Below, piece by piece: positions 1 through 8,309 of a DNA stretch of 32,000 nt; the stretch's first letter is position 1, and each line of letters opens with the position of its first letter. The translations under genes were made by a program, and so were the position numbers. Origin of the DNA: Chlamydiota bacterium (lineage in GTDB: Bacteria; Auribacterota; JACPWU01). Location of the stretch: the NCBI GenBank assembly GCA_016196885.1, contig JACPWU010000050.1, positions 38,794-70,793 on the forward strand, written 5' to 3'. The notes beneath the pieces are model-generated. The model saw nothing but the letters and a program-made list of their open reading frames with translations. It had not been told where the DNA came from and ran no database searches.

Positions 1-1335
1 CAAAACATGAACCACGTCTTTCAAAGAAGAACAAAGTAGAGACTTACAGGCATCCTTCAACTTTTCGTAAATCAAAGGTCCTGCCTCTCCATAAAAATAG
101 GCCTTTTTCACCTTTCCTGAAAGAAGAGGCTTTAAAAGTTCAAAATCCCCCCCCTTGAAACGTCCTCCTGCTAACCAAAGAATGGGTTTTGGAAAAACCT
201 CTAAGGCTGATCGTACCGCATCCACACTGGTCGCCTTAGAATCATTCACCCAACGGGCCCCTTCCCACTTCGCAAATATCTCTTGACGATGTTCCAAACC
301 TGAAAAAGAGGAAACGGTACGACGAATGGTTTCTAAAGAAATCCCGCATAAAGAGGCAGCAGTCACTGCAAACATCACATTTTCTAAATTGTGCTTGCCA
401 GGAAGAGCAATGTCTTCCACGGGCATGATTTCATGAATGTAATCGTGACTTAATGAAGTCCCTTTAACCCCTCCAACTCCCCTTAAATAAGGGGAGGGCT
501 GCTCCCCTCTTATGTTAAGAGGGGTTGGGGGAGTTAATGAATTTTTTCCATCATTGAAGCTTTTCATCCTCACACATAAAATCCTATTTTTAACAAAACA
601 TCCTTTCTCTTCCACCCCTTTAGAATTTATAAAAAGAGTCTTCACATGGGATGACGCAAAAGAAGCGCAAGAACGATTGACCAGGGCCCAATCTTCTTCA
701 TTTTGATTGCGAAAAATATGGGCCTTGGCCGACCCATACGCTTCCATAGAAGGGTAACGATCTAAATGATTGGCTGTCACATTTAATAAGAGACTGACCC
801 ATGGCTTCAAATTTCCAATCGCCTCCAATTGAAAAGAACTCACCTCTAATACCCAAATTTCTGTCAGGGGATTCTCAAGCACAGCCCTCGATAAACTCAA
901 GCCGATATTCCCAGCCAAAGTCGCCTTAAGACCTGCGTCGCTTAAAATTTTCCAAATCAAAGTGGCCGTCGTACTTTTTCCATTGCTTCCCGTCACAGCA
1001 ATGATTTTGCCGGATAAAAATTGACTTGCCCATTCCAACTCCCCCAAAACGGGAACCCCTCTAGCTGACAAATTTTTCACGAGCGGCATATCCAAGGGAA
1101 TCCCTGGACTTAAAATTGCAAAATCTACCTCTCGACAAAAATTTTCAGAATGAATCCCCAATTCTACTTCCACTCCTACCGTAGGAAGCTTCTCAGCCCT
1201 GTGAATCACCTCTTCACCACAGGAAGAATCTGTCACACGCACAGAAGCGCCCAATGATTTCAGGAGCAAACTCGCGCCCAAACCCGACTCGCCTAAACCA
1301 ATGACCAATGCTTTTTTACCAATCAAAGATTGCAT
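1..1335 (-). CDS. murD: UDP-N-acetylmuramoylalanine--D-glutamate ligase MurD; C-terminal end lies beyond the left edge
   Basis: Absent from the ORF track because there is no stop inside the window. My minus-strand translation from ATG 1335 gives MQSLIGKKALVIGLGESGLGASLLL (GxGxxG), IIAVTGSNGKSTT (Mur ligase P-loop) and ALPGKHNLENV. I checked every in-frame triplet from 1 to 600 and found no stop. It follows mraY as in the canonical dcw order. It carries a 24-codon repeat insertion at 465-536. Confidence 0.85.
   Translation of the reverse strand, partial: MQSLIGKKALVIGLGESGLGASLLLKSLGASVRVTDSSCGEEVIHRAEKLPTVGVEVELGIHSENFCREVDFAILSPGIPLDMPLVKNLSARGVPVLGELEWASQFLSGKIIAVTGSNGKSTTATLIWKILSDAGLKATLAGNIGLSLSRAVLENPLTEIWVLEVSSFQLEAIGNLKPWVSLLLNVTANHLDRYPSMEAYGSAKAHIFRNQNEEDWALVNRSCASFASSHVKTLFINSKGVEEKGCFVKNRILCVRMKSFNDGKNSLTPPTPLNIRGEQPSPYLRGVGGVKGTSLSHDYIHEIMPVEDIALPGKHNLENVMFAVTAASLCGISLETIRRTVSSFSGLEHRQEIFAKWEGARWVNDSKATSVDAVRSALEVFPKPILWLAGGRFKGGDFELLKPLLSGKVKKAYFYGEAGPLIYEKLKDACKSLLCSSLKDVVHVL
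465..536. mobile_element. 72-nt palindromic element (TAAC...GTTA ends), copy 1, in frame inside murD
   Basis: About 68/72 identical by hand alignment to the reverse complement of 27934-28005. It has two adjacent stem-loops, CCCCTCTTA/TAAGAGGGG and CTCCCCTTA/TAAGGGGAG. It is translated as LTPPTPLNIRGEQPSPYLRGVGGV. Confidence 0.8.
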
Positions 1336-1346
1336 AATTTAATTTC

Positions 1347-1686
1347 AATAATCTTTCGAGATCATCGTAGAGGACGAAAGTTCTCCCCATCATGCTTTTT
1401 TTGTAGTCGCCCGATTTATCCCCCCACCCAATCCAGCTGTTATCTTTAGCACGTTCGTAAGCTTATGACCCGTGCATTGATCGCTAAACAATCCCGCCAC
1501 CTTGGATAGATTGGGTGGGGGGATGAATCGGGCAGCCCCATAAATGGGGCGACTACAAAGAGTCCAAAATCCAAAAATCAAAATGCAAAATGACAATTCA
1601 AAAATTAAATTTTTTCAACGCAACAATATTAGAAACATTTTGGATTTTGGTATGTCATTTTGATGTTTGATGTTTGGATTTTTAAT
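1347..1686. repeat. Composite structured intergenic repeat, copy A (mraY/murD spacer)
   Basis: It shares long identical blocks with 7557-7856: ATCTTTCGAGATCATCGT, a 40-nt block GAAAGTTCTCCCCATCATGCTTTTTTTGTAGTCGCCCGAT, and a 28-nt block GGCAGCCCCATAAATGGGGCGACTACAA. An AT-rich heptamer hairpin follows at 1563-1686. Confidence 0.8.
1418..1524. mobile_element. 107-bp MITE-like element with perfect 16-bp terminal inverted repeats, nested in composite repeat copy A
   Basis: ATCCCCCCACCCAATC at 1418-1433 is the exact reverse complement of GATTGGGTGGGGGGAT at 1509-1524. The homologous position in copy B (7621-7634, CCCGATTCATCGGG) lacks the segment. Confidence 0.7.
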
Positions 1687-2784
1687 TTATCTTAATTTCA
1701 GCACCCCCAAACTCAACAATGCAAAAATCGCCGCCAAAATCCAAAATCGAATCGTCACCTTTGTCTCAGGCCAACCCTTCACCTCAAAATGATGATGGAG
1801 AGGGGCCATCTTAAAAATCCTTTTTCTTCGCAATTTAAAAGAGCCCACCTGGAGCATCACGGAAAGGGCCTCGATCACAAAAACACCTCCCACAATGAAA
1901 AGCATCATCTCTTGTTTAGAAAGAAGCGCAACCACACCCAAGCTCCCGCCCAAGGCCAAAGACCCTGTATCCCCCATAAAAACTTGAGCAGGATAAGCAT
2001 TATACCAAAGAAACCCCAGACCCGCCCCTACGAGGCTAGCGCAAAAAACGGTCAATTCTCCAACCCCTGCGACCGGTTGAAGTTGAAGGTAGGTCGCAAA
2101 TTTGACATTGCCGACGAGATAAGTCAATGCCGAAAAAACCAGGGCAGAAACCGTCACACACCCAATCGCCAAACCATCCAAACCATCCGTCAAATTCACC
2201 GCATTCGACGATCCGACAAAAACACTCAATAAAAATATAAGATAAAAAAATCCCAAATCGAAAGTCCAGTTTTTAAGAAAAGGAAGACTCACATGACTAA
2301 AAAAGGGTTGCAGATGATGTTCATGCCTCATGAAGAGCCAAAGAACAACAGCCAAGAGAATTTGCACCACAAATTTTGTCTTGGCCCTCACACCTAAAGA
2401 CCTTTTATTTTTCAATTTTAAATAATCATCCCAAGCCCCCAAAAACCCAAGACCCGTCACACAAAAGACAGTGATCCACACAAAATGATTGGTTAGATCA
2501 GACCAAAGAAAAACGGAAATTAAAATTGCGAGGAGAATCAAAGCCCCGCCCATGGTGGGCGTTCCTTCTTTACTGCGATGAAGGGCAAAAAGAGGCGGGC
2601 ATTCTTCTTTGCGAATGTTCTGGCCTACTTTGAGAGAATACAATTTTCGAATGAGCCACGGGCCCAAAAAGAGGGTCATCGCAAAAGCTGTCACAGCTGC
2701 AAAGGCCGCCCGGAAGGTGATGTAACGGAAGACGTTAAAGGGGGAAAAAATTTCTCTTAAAGGATATAACAAATGATACAGCAT
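1687..2784 (-). CDS. mraY: Phospho-N-acetylmuramoyl-pentapeptide transferase MraY
   Basis: 365-aa polytopic membrane ORF with MLYHLLYPL...FNVFRYITFRA at the N-terminus, the NAVNLTDGLDGLA motif and the PLHHHFE motif. dcw context. Confidence 0.95.
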   Translation of the reverse strand: MLYHLLYPLREIFSPFNVFRYITFRAAFAAVTAFAMTLFLGPWLIRKLYSLKVGQNIRKEECPPLFALHRSKEGTPTMGGALILLAILISVFLWSDLTNHFVWITVFCVTGLGFLGAWDDYLKLKNKRSLGVRAKTKFVVQILLAVVLWLFMRHEHHLQPFFSHVSLPFLKNWTFDLGFFYLIFLLSVFVGSSNAVNLTDGLDGLAIGCVTVSALVFSALTYLVGNVKFATYLQLQPVAGVGELTVFCASLVGAGLGFLWYNAYPAQVFMGDTGSLALGGSLGVVALLSKQEMMLFIVGGVFVIEALSVMLQVGSFKLRRKRIFKMAPLHHHFEVKGWPETKVTIRFWILAAIFALLSLGVLKLR

Positions 2785-2794
2785 GAAACCTCAA

Positions 2795-4246
2795 TCAAAC
2801 GGGGTGGGTCGCAGGTAATATTTCTTTACGATAATGATGCTGACCCTGAAGTTGGACGACCAAGGCTCGGACGATCCCTTCCATCCCCATGGCCCTGGAT
2901 CCCTTTACCAACACGGCATCTGAATCTCCTAAAATACTCAAATGATGTAAAACCTCTTCATGGCTCTCACACATCACACTGGCCGATTTTGGAAAACCCT
3001 TTTTTCTTACTTCTTCAACCATTAAACTCGACAAAGGCCCCATGCTGATCACAATATCTACCTGTGCCTTTAAAACCTCTGTGGCCAAAGCCCGATGCCA
3101 ATGGGCCTCATCCTCTCCCAAATCCAACATATCGGCGCAAACAAAAATTTTCTTTCCAACAACTTTCATCGCCTTAAAAGTTTCCAGCGCGGCCGCCATA
3201 GATTGAGGATTGGCGTTATAGGCATCATTGACAATAGCAACGCCGCCCACGCGGGTTACATCCCATCGCATGGAAGGCAACTTCAATTGCGAAGCCTTCT
3301 CAAACATCTCATACCAAGGCACTCCCAGGACATGCCCTATGCACAAAGCCCCTAAAACATTATAAACATGATGAAGCCCGATAAATGGAATTTTCATCAT
3401 GCCCAATTCTTTCCCTTCAAAAATCAATGAGAACCGTGTGGCATATCCTTTGAGAAGCTCAATTTTCGAGGCCCTCAACTGCCCCCCTTCATAAATCCCA
3501 AAAGAGAAAAGAGGCCCTTGATAGGTCTTGGCCTTTTTCCGAAGGAGAGAATCATCCTCATTGTAAATTCCAACCCCTCCATTCAACCCCGCGATCAAAT
3601 TCCATTTTTCCTCAAGAACGCCTTCTAAGCCCTTGAGCATTTTCAAATGGGAGGGTCCTACATTTAAAACCACACCCACTGTTGGGGACGCTATAGAAAC
3701 AAGTTTTTCAATCTCTCCCGGGCCGCTTGTTCCCATTTCGACAGAGCAGGTCCGATGCGCGGCTCGAAACTTTAAAAGAGTGAGAGGAACCCCCAAATGA
3801 TTGTTCAAGGTCCCTTCATTTTTAAGATTGGGACCCAAGGGCTCGAGCATGACCGCCGTCATTTCTTTCACCGTTGTTTTTCCGCAAGAGCCTGTAATCC
3901 CAATCACAGGAATCGAAAAGAGACACCGATAGTGACTGGCCAACCTCTGAACCGTTTCAAGTCCATCCTCCACATAACCCACTGCGATTTCGCCTCGACG
4001 AAGCAAGTCCATAGAAGCTCCATCCAGCAGACGACTCATCAAAACACCCTTGGCCCCTTTTGAAACGGCTTCTCGGACAAAATCATTTCCATCAAATTTA
4101 GGGCCCTTCAAGGCAATAAAAAGATCCCCGGCATTTATTTTTCTCGAATCTGTCGAAACCCCTTCAAAAGGGGTAAAAGAGCGCCCAAAAACATGACGGG
4201 CACTTGTATAATTCAAAACTTGTTCAAATGTCAGAAAATCACTCAT
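2795..4246 (-). CDS. murF: UDP-N-acetylmuramoyl-tripeptide--D-alanyl-D-alanine ligase MurF
   Basis: STDSRKINAGDLFIALKG, GITGSCGKTT P-loop and DAYNANP motifs. Located between murE and mraY. Confidence 0.9.
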   Translation of the reverse strand: MSDFLTFEQVLNYTSARHVFGRSFTPFEGVSTDSRKINAGDLFIALKGPKFDGNDFVREAVSKGAKGVLMSRLLDGASMDLLRRGEIAVGYVEDGLETVQRLASHYRCLFSIPVIGITGSCGKTTVKEMTAVMLEPLGPNLKNEGTLNNHLGVPLTLLKFRAAHRTCSVEMGTSGPGEIEKLVSIASPTVGVVLNVGPSHLKMLKGLEGVLEEKWNLIAGLNGGVGIYNEDDSLLRKKAKTYQGPLFSFGIYEGGQLRASKIELLKGYATRFSLIFEGKELGMMKIPFIGLHHVYNVLGALCIGHVLGVPWYEMFEKASQLKLPSMRWDVTRVGGVAIVNDAYNANPQSMAAALETFKAMKVVGKKIFVCADMLDLGEDEAHWHRALATEVLKAQVDIVISMGPLSSLMVEEVRKKGFPKSASVMCESHEEVLHHLSILGDSDAVLVKGSRAMGMEGIVRALVVQLQGQHHYRKEILPATHPV

Positions 4247-4256
4247 TTGTATTAAC

Positions 4257-5738
4257 TCATTCCTGAAGACTGTACGCTACACGCTGTACGCTTTCTTTTA
4301 CCACAGCCACATCATCAAAGGGAATTTGAAAAGCACCGATTTGCTGAAATTTTTCATGCCCCTTTCCTGCAACCAAAACCACATCCCCACGTCTAGCCAA
4401 ATCGAGTGCCCTGTCAATCGCTGTGCGACGATCCGAAATCTTTTCAAAGGGAATTTTTTCCTCTGCCACACCCGCCTCAATTTCGCAAATAATCTTCTCA
4501 GGATCTTCGCTCCGTGGATTGTCCGAAGTGATAATGACAAAATCCGAAAAATGGGCGGCCGAGCACCCCATTTTAGGACGCTTCGAGCGATCTCGATCGC
4601 CCCCACATCCAAAGAGAGTGATCAAGCGCCCCTTCACCAAGGGTCTCAATGTTTCCAAAACATTACGAAGGGCCTCTTCGGTATGCGCGTAATCTACGAT
4701 CACCTGAAAGGGGGCATCCAGAGAAACAAATTCCATTCGGCCGGGAACATTCTTAAAATTTTCCAAACCTTCCTTGATTTTTTCTGGATACATTCCCAAT
4801 ACCCACCCAACTGCAAAGGCAGCCAGGGCATTGTAAACATTAAACCGCCCAATCAAAGGAAGTCTTAACGAAAGACTCCCATTCGGAAACACCACCTCAA
4901 AAGAACTCCCCCCCATATCGGATTCAAGATGACGAGCCTGAATCATGGCCCCTTGAGAAAGTCCATAGCTGATGAGTCGAGCCTTTGACAACGCCTCCAC
5001 CCTTGCACCCCAAGGATCGTCATGATTCACCACTGCGAAACCCTCTGGACTTAATAAATCTCTAAACAAAATCGCCTTGGCGGAAAAATAATTCTCTAAA
5101 TTTTGATGATAATCCAAATGATCCTGAGAAAGATTCGTGAAAACGGCAACATCAAAGGAAATACCGTCCAGCCGCCCTTGCCCAAGGGCATGGCTAGAGG
5201 CTTCTAGCACCACCGATTGAGAACCCTGATCTAACATGTCACGAAAATATTTTTGCAAGTCGAGTGACTCGGGCGTCGTTCTCTCAGCAGGGATCAAACG
5301 CCTTCCCATCTTGTAATAAACCGTTCCTAAAAGACCCGGATGATCCCCTCTTCCCCGTAGAAGAGATTCAATCAAAAAACTCACCGTCGTCTTCCCATTG
5401 GTCCCGGTCACTCCCACCACAGTTAAACCCTCAGCCGGATTTTCATAAAAGGCACAGGCCAACTGGGCCATGGCACGTCTGGCATCCTTCACCACAAAAC
5501 AAGAAACATTTTTAAATCTTATATTTTCATCTTCCACACACAACGCCACCGCACCGCGAGATACGGCATCCTCCGCGAAATCCTTCCCATCCCTCTTCTC
5601 GCCGCGCCAAGCGATAAAAAGATGCCCCGGCTCCACTTTTCTGGAATCGAAACTAATCCCGCTGATGAGAACATGCGGATCTCCGTGGAAGGATAAAATT
5701 TCAAGACCTTTGATTAAAGAAGACAATGATATATGCAT
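4257..5738 (-). CDS. murE: UDP-N-acetylmuramoyl-L-alanyl-D-glutamate--2,6-diaminopimelate ligase MurE
   Basis: FDSRKVEPGHLFIAWRG, GVTGTNGKTT and DNPRSEDP (the DNPR motif typical of mDAP-adding enzymes). The track ORF starts at 5804, but its first 22 codons are a translated heptamer repeat. ATG 5738 (MHISLSSLIKG) is the more likely start. Confidence 0.9.
   Translation of the reverse strand: MHISLSSLIKGLEILSFHGDPHVLISGISFDSRKVEPGHLFIAWRGEKRDGKDFAEDAVSRGAVALCVEDENIRFKNVSCFVVKDARRAMAQLACAFYENPAEGLTVVGVTGTNGKTTVSFLIESLLRGRGDHPGLLGTVYYKMGRRLIPAERTTPESLDLQKYFRDMLDQGSQSVVLEASSHALGQGRLDGISFDVAVFTNLSQDHLDYHQNLENYFSAKAILFRDLLSPEGFAVVNHDDPWGARVEALSKARLISYGLSQGAMIQARHLESDMGGSSFEVVFPNGSLSLRLPLIGRFNVYNALAAFAVGWVLGMYPEKIKEGLENFKNVPGRMEFVSLDAPFQVIVDYAHTEEALRNVLETLRPLVKGRLITLFGCGGDRDRSKRPKMGCSAAHFSDFVIITSDNPRSEDPEKIICEIEAGVAEEKIPFEKISDRRTAIDRALDLARRGDVVLVAGKGHEKFQQIGAFQIPFDDVAVVKESVQRVAYSLQE
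4270..4291. repeat. Single arm of the CGTACAG/CGTTCAG heptamer repeat family, inside the murE 3' end
   Basis: CTGTACGCTACACGCTGTACGC encodes the last residues (QRVAYS) of MurE. It is the same word family as 9350-9426, 10029-10122 and 21117-21146. Confidence 0.6.
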
Positions 5739-5743
5739 AAAAT

Positions 5744-5814
5744 TCCCAATACCAAATTTCCAATGACAATTTAATTTCCAATGATCCAATCTCCAATTGG
5801 ACATTTGTCATTGG
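5744..5814. repeat. CCAATGA/CCAATTGGACATT heptamer-hairpin repeat (ftsI/murE spacer)
   Basis: CCAATGACAA ... TTGTCATTGG forms a 10-bp stem around the palindrome TCCAATTGGA. It shares the core with 8310-8420 and 11529-11645. It overlaps the ftsI stop codon. Confidence 0.7.
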
Positions 5815-7529
5815 TTAGTATTTTCTTCCTCTCTCGCCAACATTCGATCGGGCACAACCTCTAAGTAACGCATCAATGCACTCGCCAACTCTTGAAAAGC
5901 AGGGGCCGCCACCGTCCCTCCATAATGAAAATGCTGAGGCTCATTGACGACCACCAAAATCACCGCCTCTGGATGATCTGCCGGCAAAAAACCAATAAAA
6001 GAAGAAACAAATTTAGAATGAGAATATCCACCCGCCGGATCCGCTTTCTGAGCCGTTCCTGTTTTCCCCGCCACAGAATATCCGTCTACACGGGCATTAT
6101 AACCTGTCCCCTGGGAGCTCACGACCCCTTTCATCGCCTCCACAATTTGATCCACTGTTTCTCGAGAAATCACGCGATCCTGTTTCTCTGTTAGATTTTC
6201 TAAAATCACATTCCCATCTCGATCCACAATTTTCCGAATCAATCGAGGTTTCACCAAAACGCCCCCATTCGCCAATGCACAATAAGCCCTCACCAACTGC
6301 ATGGCTGTCACCGTCATCTCCTGCCCCATCGGAATCATATAAGGCGAGAGCTTAGACCATTTGGAAAGAGGATGCAAGAGTCCCGATACTTCTCCCGGTA
6401 AATCCACTCCCGTCATACGCCCAAATCCAAATTTACTCATATAGTTATAAAGATTTTTCGCACCCAATCTGCATCCTATTTTGGCCATTCCAATGTTGCT
6501 GGACTTCGAAACGATCTCATGCACCGCCAGGGTCCCATAAGGATGAGCATCATGAAGGACATGCCCTCCCCCAATCGAAAAGGAGCCCTTCTCACAATAG
6601 AACCGATCCGAAAGTTTCACCACCCCCTCTTCCAAAGCGGCAGACACAATCAAAGGCTTCAAGGTGGACCCCGGCTCAAAAAAATCCGTCAGGGCTCGGT
6701 CGCGCCGCACATCCAGAGATGTCTTCGACGCTTGATTCACATCATAAGAAGGACGATTGACAAAGGCCAAAATATCTCCGCTTTTAGGATTCATCACAAC
6801 GAGGCTGGCGCTTTGAGGATTAAATTGCTCCATGACTTTATCCAATTGAGCCTCCGCCAATGTCTGAATGGTGGCATCAATCGTCAAAATCAAATCCAAA
6901 CCGTCTTGAGGTTCTACCTCAAAGCGCCTGGATGTCAACACCTCTCGGCCCGTAGCATCCTTCTCCGTCAGTCGCCATCCAGGTTTGCCCCTCAAGTAAC
7001 GATCAAACTTCAGTTCCAGCCCCTCCAAACCCTGATCATCTAATCCCGTAAAACCCAACACATGACCCAACAATTTCCCGCCTGGATAAACACGCCTGGA
7101 CTCCTCCAGCGTATAAATCCCAGGTAATTTGAGGGCAATCACCTCTGACGCTTTATCTGGCTCAATCTTGCGCTTAATCCAAACAAAATGTTTTTCTTTA
7201 GAGAAGCGTTTTAAAATTATTTTTCTATCTACATTCAGGGCCTTTGCCAAAACCTTGGCCACCTTTTCAGGGTCCTTGACTTGGGCAGGAACTGCATAAA
7301 AAGATTTCACAGGAACGCTGATCGCTAAATCCCGACCCTGGCAATCCACAATTTTCCCTCTTTTGGGAGGAAGTGGAATCGTCAAACGCTGCTGTTGGGA
7401 GGCCTTCTCCACAAAAAAATCGTGCCACAGCACCTGAAGAAAAAAAAGGCGAATCACCAAAATCGTCAAGGCACCCAAAAGAAAAATAGCCACTAGTAAA
7501 GAACGAAACTTATGCGTAAATTTGACCAT
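5808..7529 (-). CDS. ftsI: Penicillin-binding protein 3-like transpeptidase FtsI
   Basis: N-terminal TM helix, then STLKP (SxxK), SSN and KTGT motifs. AAGGAG lies 8 nt upstream of ATG 7529. dcw context. Confidence 0.9.
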   Translation of the reverse strand: MVKFTHKFRSLLVAIFLLGALTILVIRLFFLQVLWHDFFVEKASQQQRLTIPLPPKRGKIVDCQGRDLAISVPVKSFYAVPAQVKDPEKVAKVLAKALNVDRKIILKRFSKEKHFVWIKRKIEPDKASEVIALKLPGIYTLEESRRVYPGGKLLGHVLGFTGLDDQGLEGLELKFDRYLRGKPGWRLTEKDATGREVLTSRRFEVEPQDGLDLILTIDATIQTLAEAQLDKVMEQFNPQSASLVVMNPKSGDILAFVNRPSYDVNQASKTSLDVRRDRALTDFFEPGSTLKPLIVSAALEEGVVKLSDRFYCEKGSFSIGGGHVLHDAHPYGTLAVHEIVSKSSNIGMAKIGCRLGAKNLYNYMSKFGFGRMTGVDLPGEVSGLLHPLSKWSKLSPYMIPMGQEMTVTAMQLVRAYCALANGGVLVKPRLIRKIVDRDGNVILENLTEKQDRVISRETVDQIVEAMKGVVSSQGTGYNARVDGYSVAGKTGTAQKADPAGGYSHSKFVSSFIGFLPADHPEAVILVVVNEPQHFHYGGTVAAPAFQELASALMRYLEVVPDRMLAREEENTNQ

Positions 7530-7556
7530 AATGAATCTCCTTAAAATATCAATTTT

Positions 7557-7856
7557 AATGATCTTTCGAGATCATCGTGTGCGATGAAAGTTCTCCCCAT
7601 CATGCTTTTTTTGTAGTCGCCCGATTCATCGGGCAATCCGTGTGCACGGCAGCCCCATAAATGGGGCGACTACAAGGGCGATTTTCATCCTCCTTTGTGC
7701 CGACCTCAGTCGGCATGAATGTTTCATAGCAAAAATCAAAATGCAAAATTCAAAATGACAAATTAAAATTTAAAACAATCATGCAAGACTGAGAGTCAAT
7801 ATATTTTGATTTTTAATACGTCATTTTGATATTTAATTTTTAATTTTTGATTTTTT
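7557..7856. repeat. Composite structured intergenic repeat, copy B (ftsL/ftsI spacer)
   Basis: Same conserved blocks as copy A. The outer stem GTAGTCGCC/GGCGACTAC encloses three short hairpins (CCGA-TTCA-TCGG, CCGT-GTGC-ACGG, CCCCA-TAAA-TGGGG). There is an extra hairpin TGCCGAC-CTCA-GTCGGCA, and an AT-rich heptamer hairpin at 7731-7856. Confidence 0.8.
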
Positions 7857-8288
7857 CTAATCCATTCCCTTCCCTGCCACGCTTAGCAAAGACGCCGAAT
7901 CCAGACTCTCTTTCCCCCAATCAGAACTCATTAAATCATCTTCGTAAAACACAGGTTCCTCATGAAGCTTCACCACTTTCAACACATCTGACATCGCCAA
8001 ACCCAATCCCTCTTCCTCCGCCTTTATCATGATACGACTGGGCATTTTTAACGCCGAGAGATCCGTTTCCAAAGTTCTCTCATGCTTAGAAAGCTCTAAC
8101 GCCATTCTTTCCTTTTCCTTAATTTGATACCCCATCCGAACCACCTGCACGTTTTGCCACACGTAAAAAAGTGCCAAGAAAATTCCAAAAACCAAACAAA
8201 GAAAAGTTCTCACCACCACACTCCATCGCGTGACTCCGGCCTGTCTTCGTCTCGCCTTCAAATAGGCTTGACTGTAATAACGTCTCAT
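7857..8288 (-). CDS. ftsL: FtsL-like cell division protein (single TM plus coiled coil)
   Basis: Sits between rsmH and ftsI. It has one hydrophobic helix (VVVRTFLCLVFGIFLALFYVW) followed by a heptad-like segment. ATG 8288 has AAGGGGGTGA 5-7 nt upstream, and the longer track start at 8330 runs through the repeat. Sequence alone is weakly diagnostic. Confidence 0.6.
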   Translation of the reverse strand: MRRYYSQAYLKARRRQAGVTRWSVVVRTFLCLVFGIFLALFYVWQNVQVVRMGYQIKEKERMALELSKHERTLETDLSALKMPSRIMIKAEEEGLGLAMSDVLKVVKLHEEPVFYEDDLMSSDWGKESLDSASLLSVAGKGMD

Positions 8289-8309
8289 GAAAATCACCCC
8301 CTTTTTTTT

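Noticed and set aside
465-536. Integron attC site interpretation of the palindromic elements and intergenic hairpins
   Set aside because: The ends do not fit the RYYYAAC / GTTRRRY core sites. The flanking genes are conserved housekeeping operon members, and no integrase is present.
512-706. 64-aa plus-strand ORF (MLRGVGGVNEF...)
   Set aside because: It is antisense to the open murD frame. Its start is simply the palindromic element read on the other strand.
1390-1596. 68-aa minus-strand ORF in the mraY/murD spacer
   Set aside because: It lies entirely within the composite repeat plus the nested 107-bp element. The homologous copy at 7557-7675 is read in a different frame and terminates after 20 codons, so no coding conservation exists.
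1789-2232. Long antisense or out-of-frame track ORFs. Examples are 1789-2232, 4326-4868, 6519-7043, 12222-12665, 13453-13923, 21006-21515, 21437-21727, 29118-29432 and 31251-31832.
   Set aside because: Each lies inside a confidently assigned gene on the opposite strand or in another frame, and has low-complexity or basic composition typical of shadow ORFs.
5739-5804. N-terminal extension of murE. Similar extensions occur at 8289-8330 (ftsL), 11526-11588 (ligase), 17334-17444 (lipoprotein), 21110-21163 (dnaG) and 23756-23869 (rsmE).
   Set aside because: The extra codons are translated heptamer-hairpin repeats (for example WKLNCHWKFGIGNF, VIHLTLGMGHWKFEI). Internal ATGs give N-termini that match the protein families, some with better SD sequences.
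7557-7600. Hammerhead-like ribozyme motif (GATGA...GAAAG) on the minus strand of the composite repeat
   Set aside because: There is no CUGAUGA box and no stem II between the GAUGA and GAAA segments, so the similarity is superficial.
7626-7688. 20-aa minus-strand ORF (MKIALVVAPFMGLPCTRIAR) preceded by AAAGGAGG
   Set aside because: The SD-like sequence abuts the ATG with zero spacing. The peptide is not conserved in copy A, which has a different frame and an insertion.
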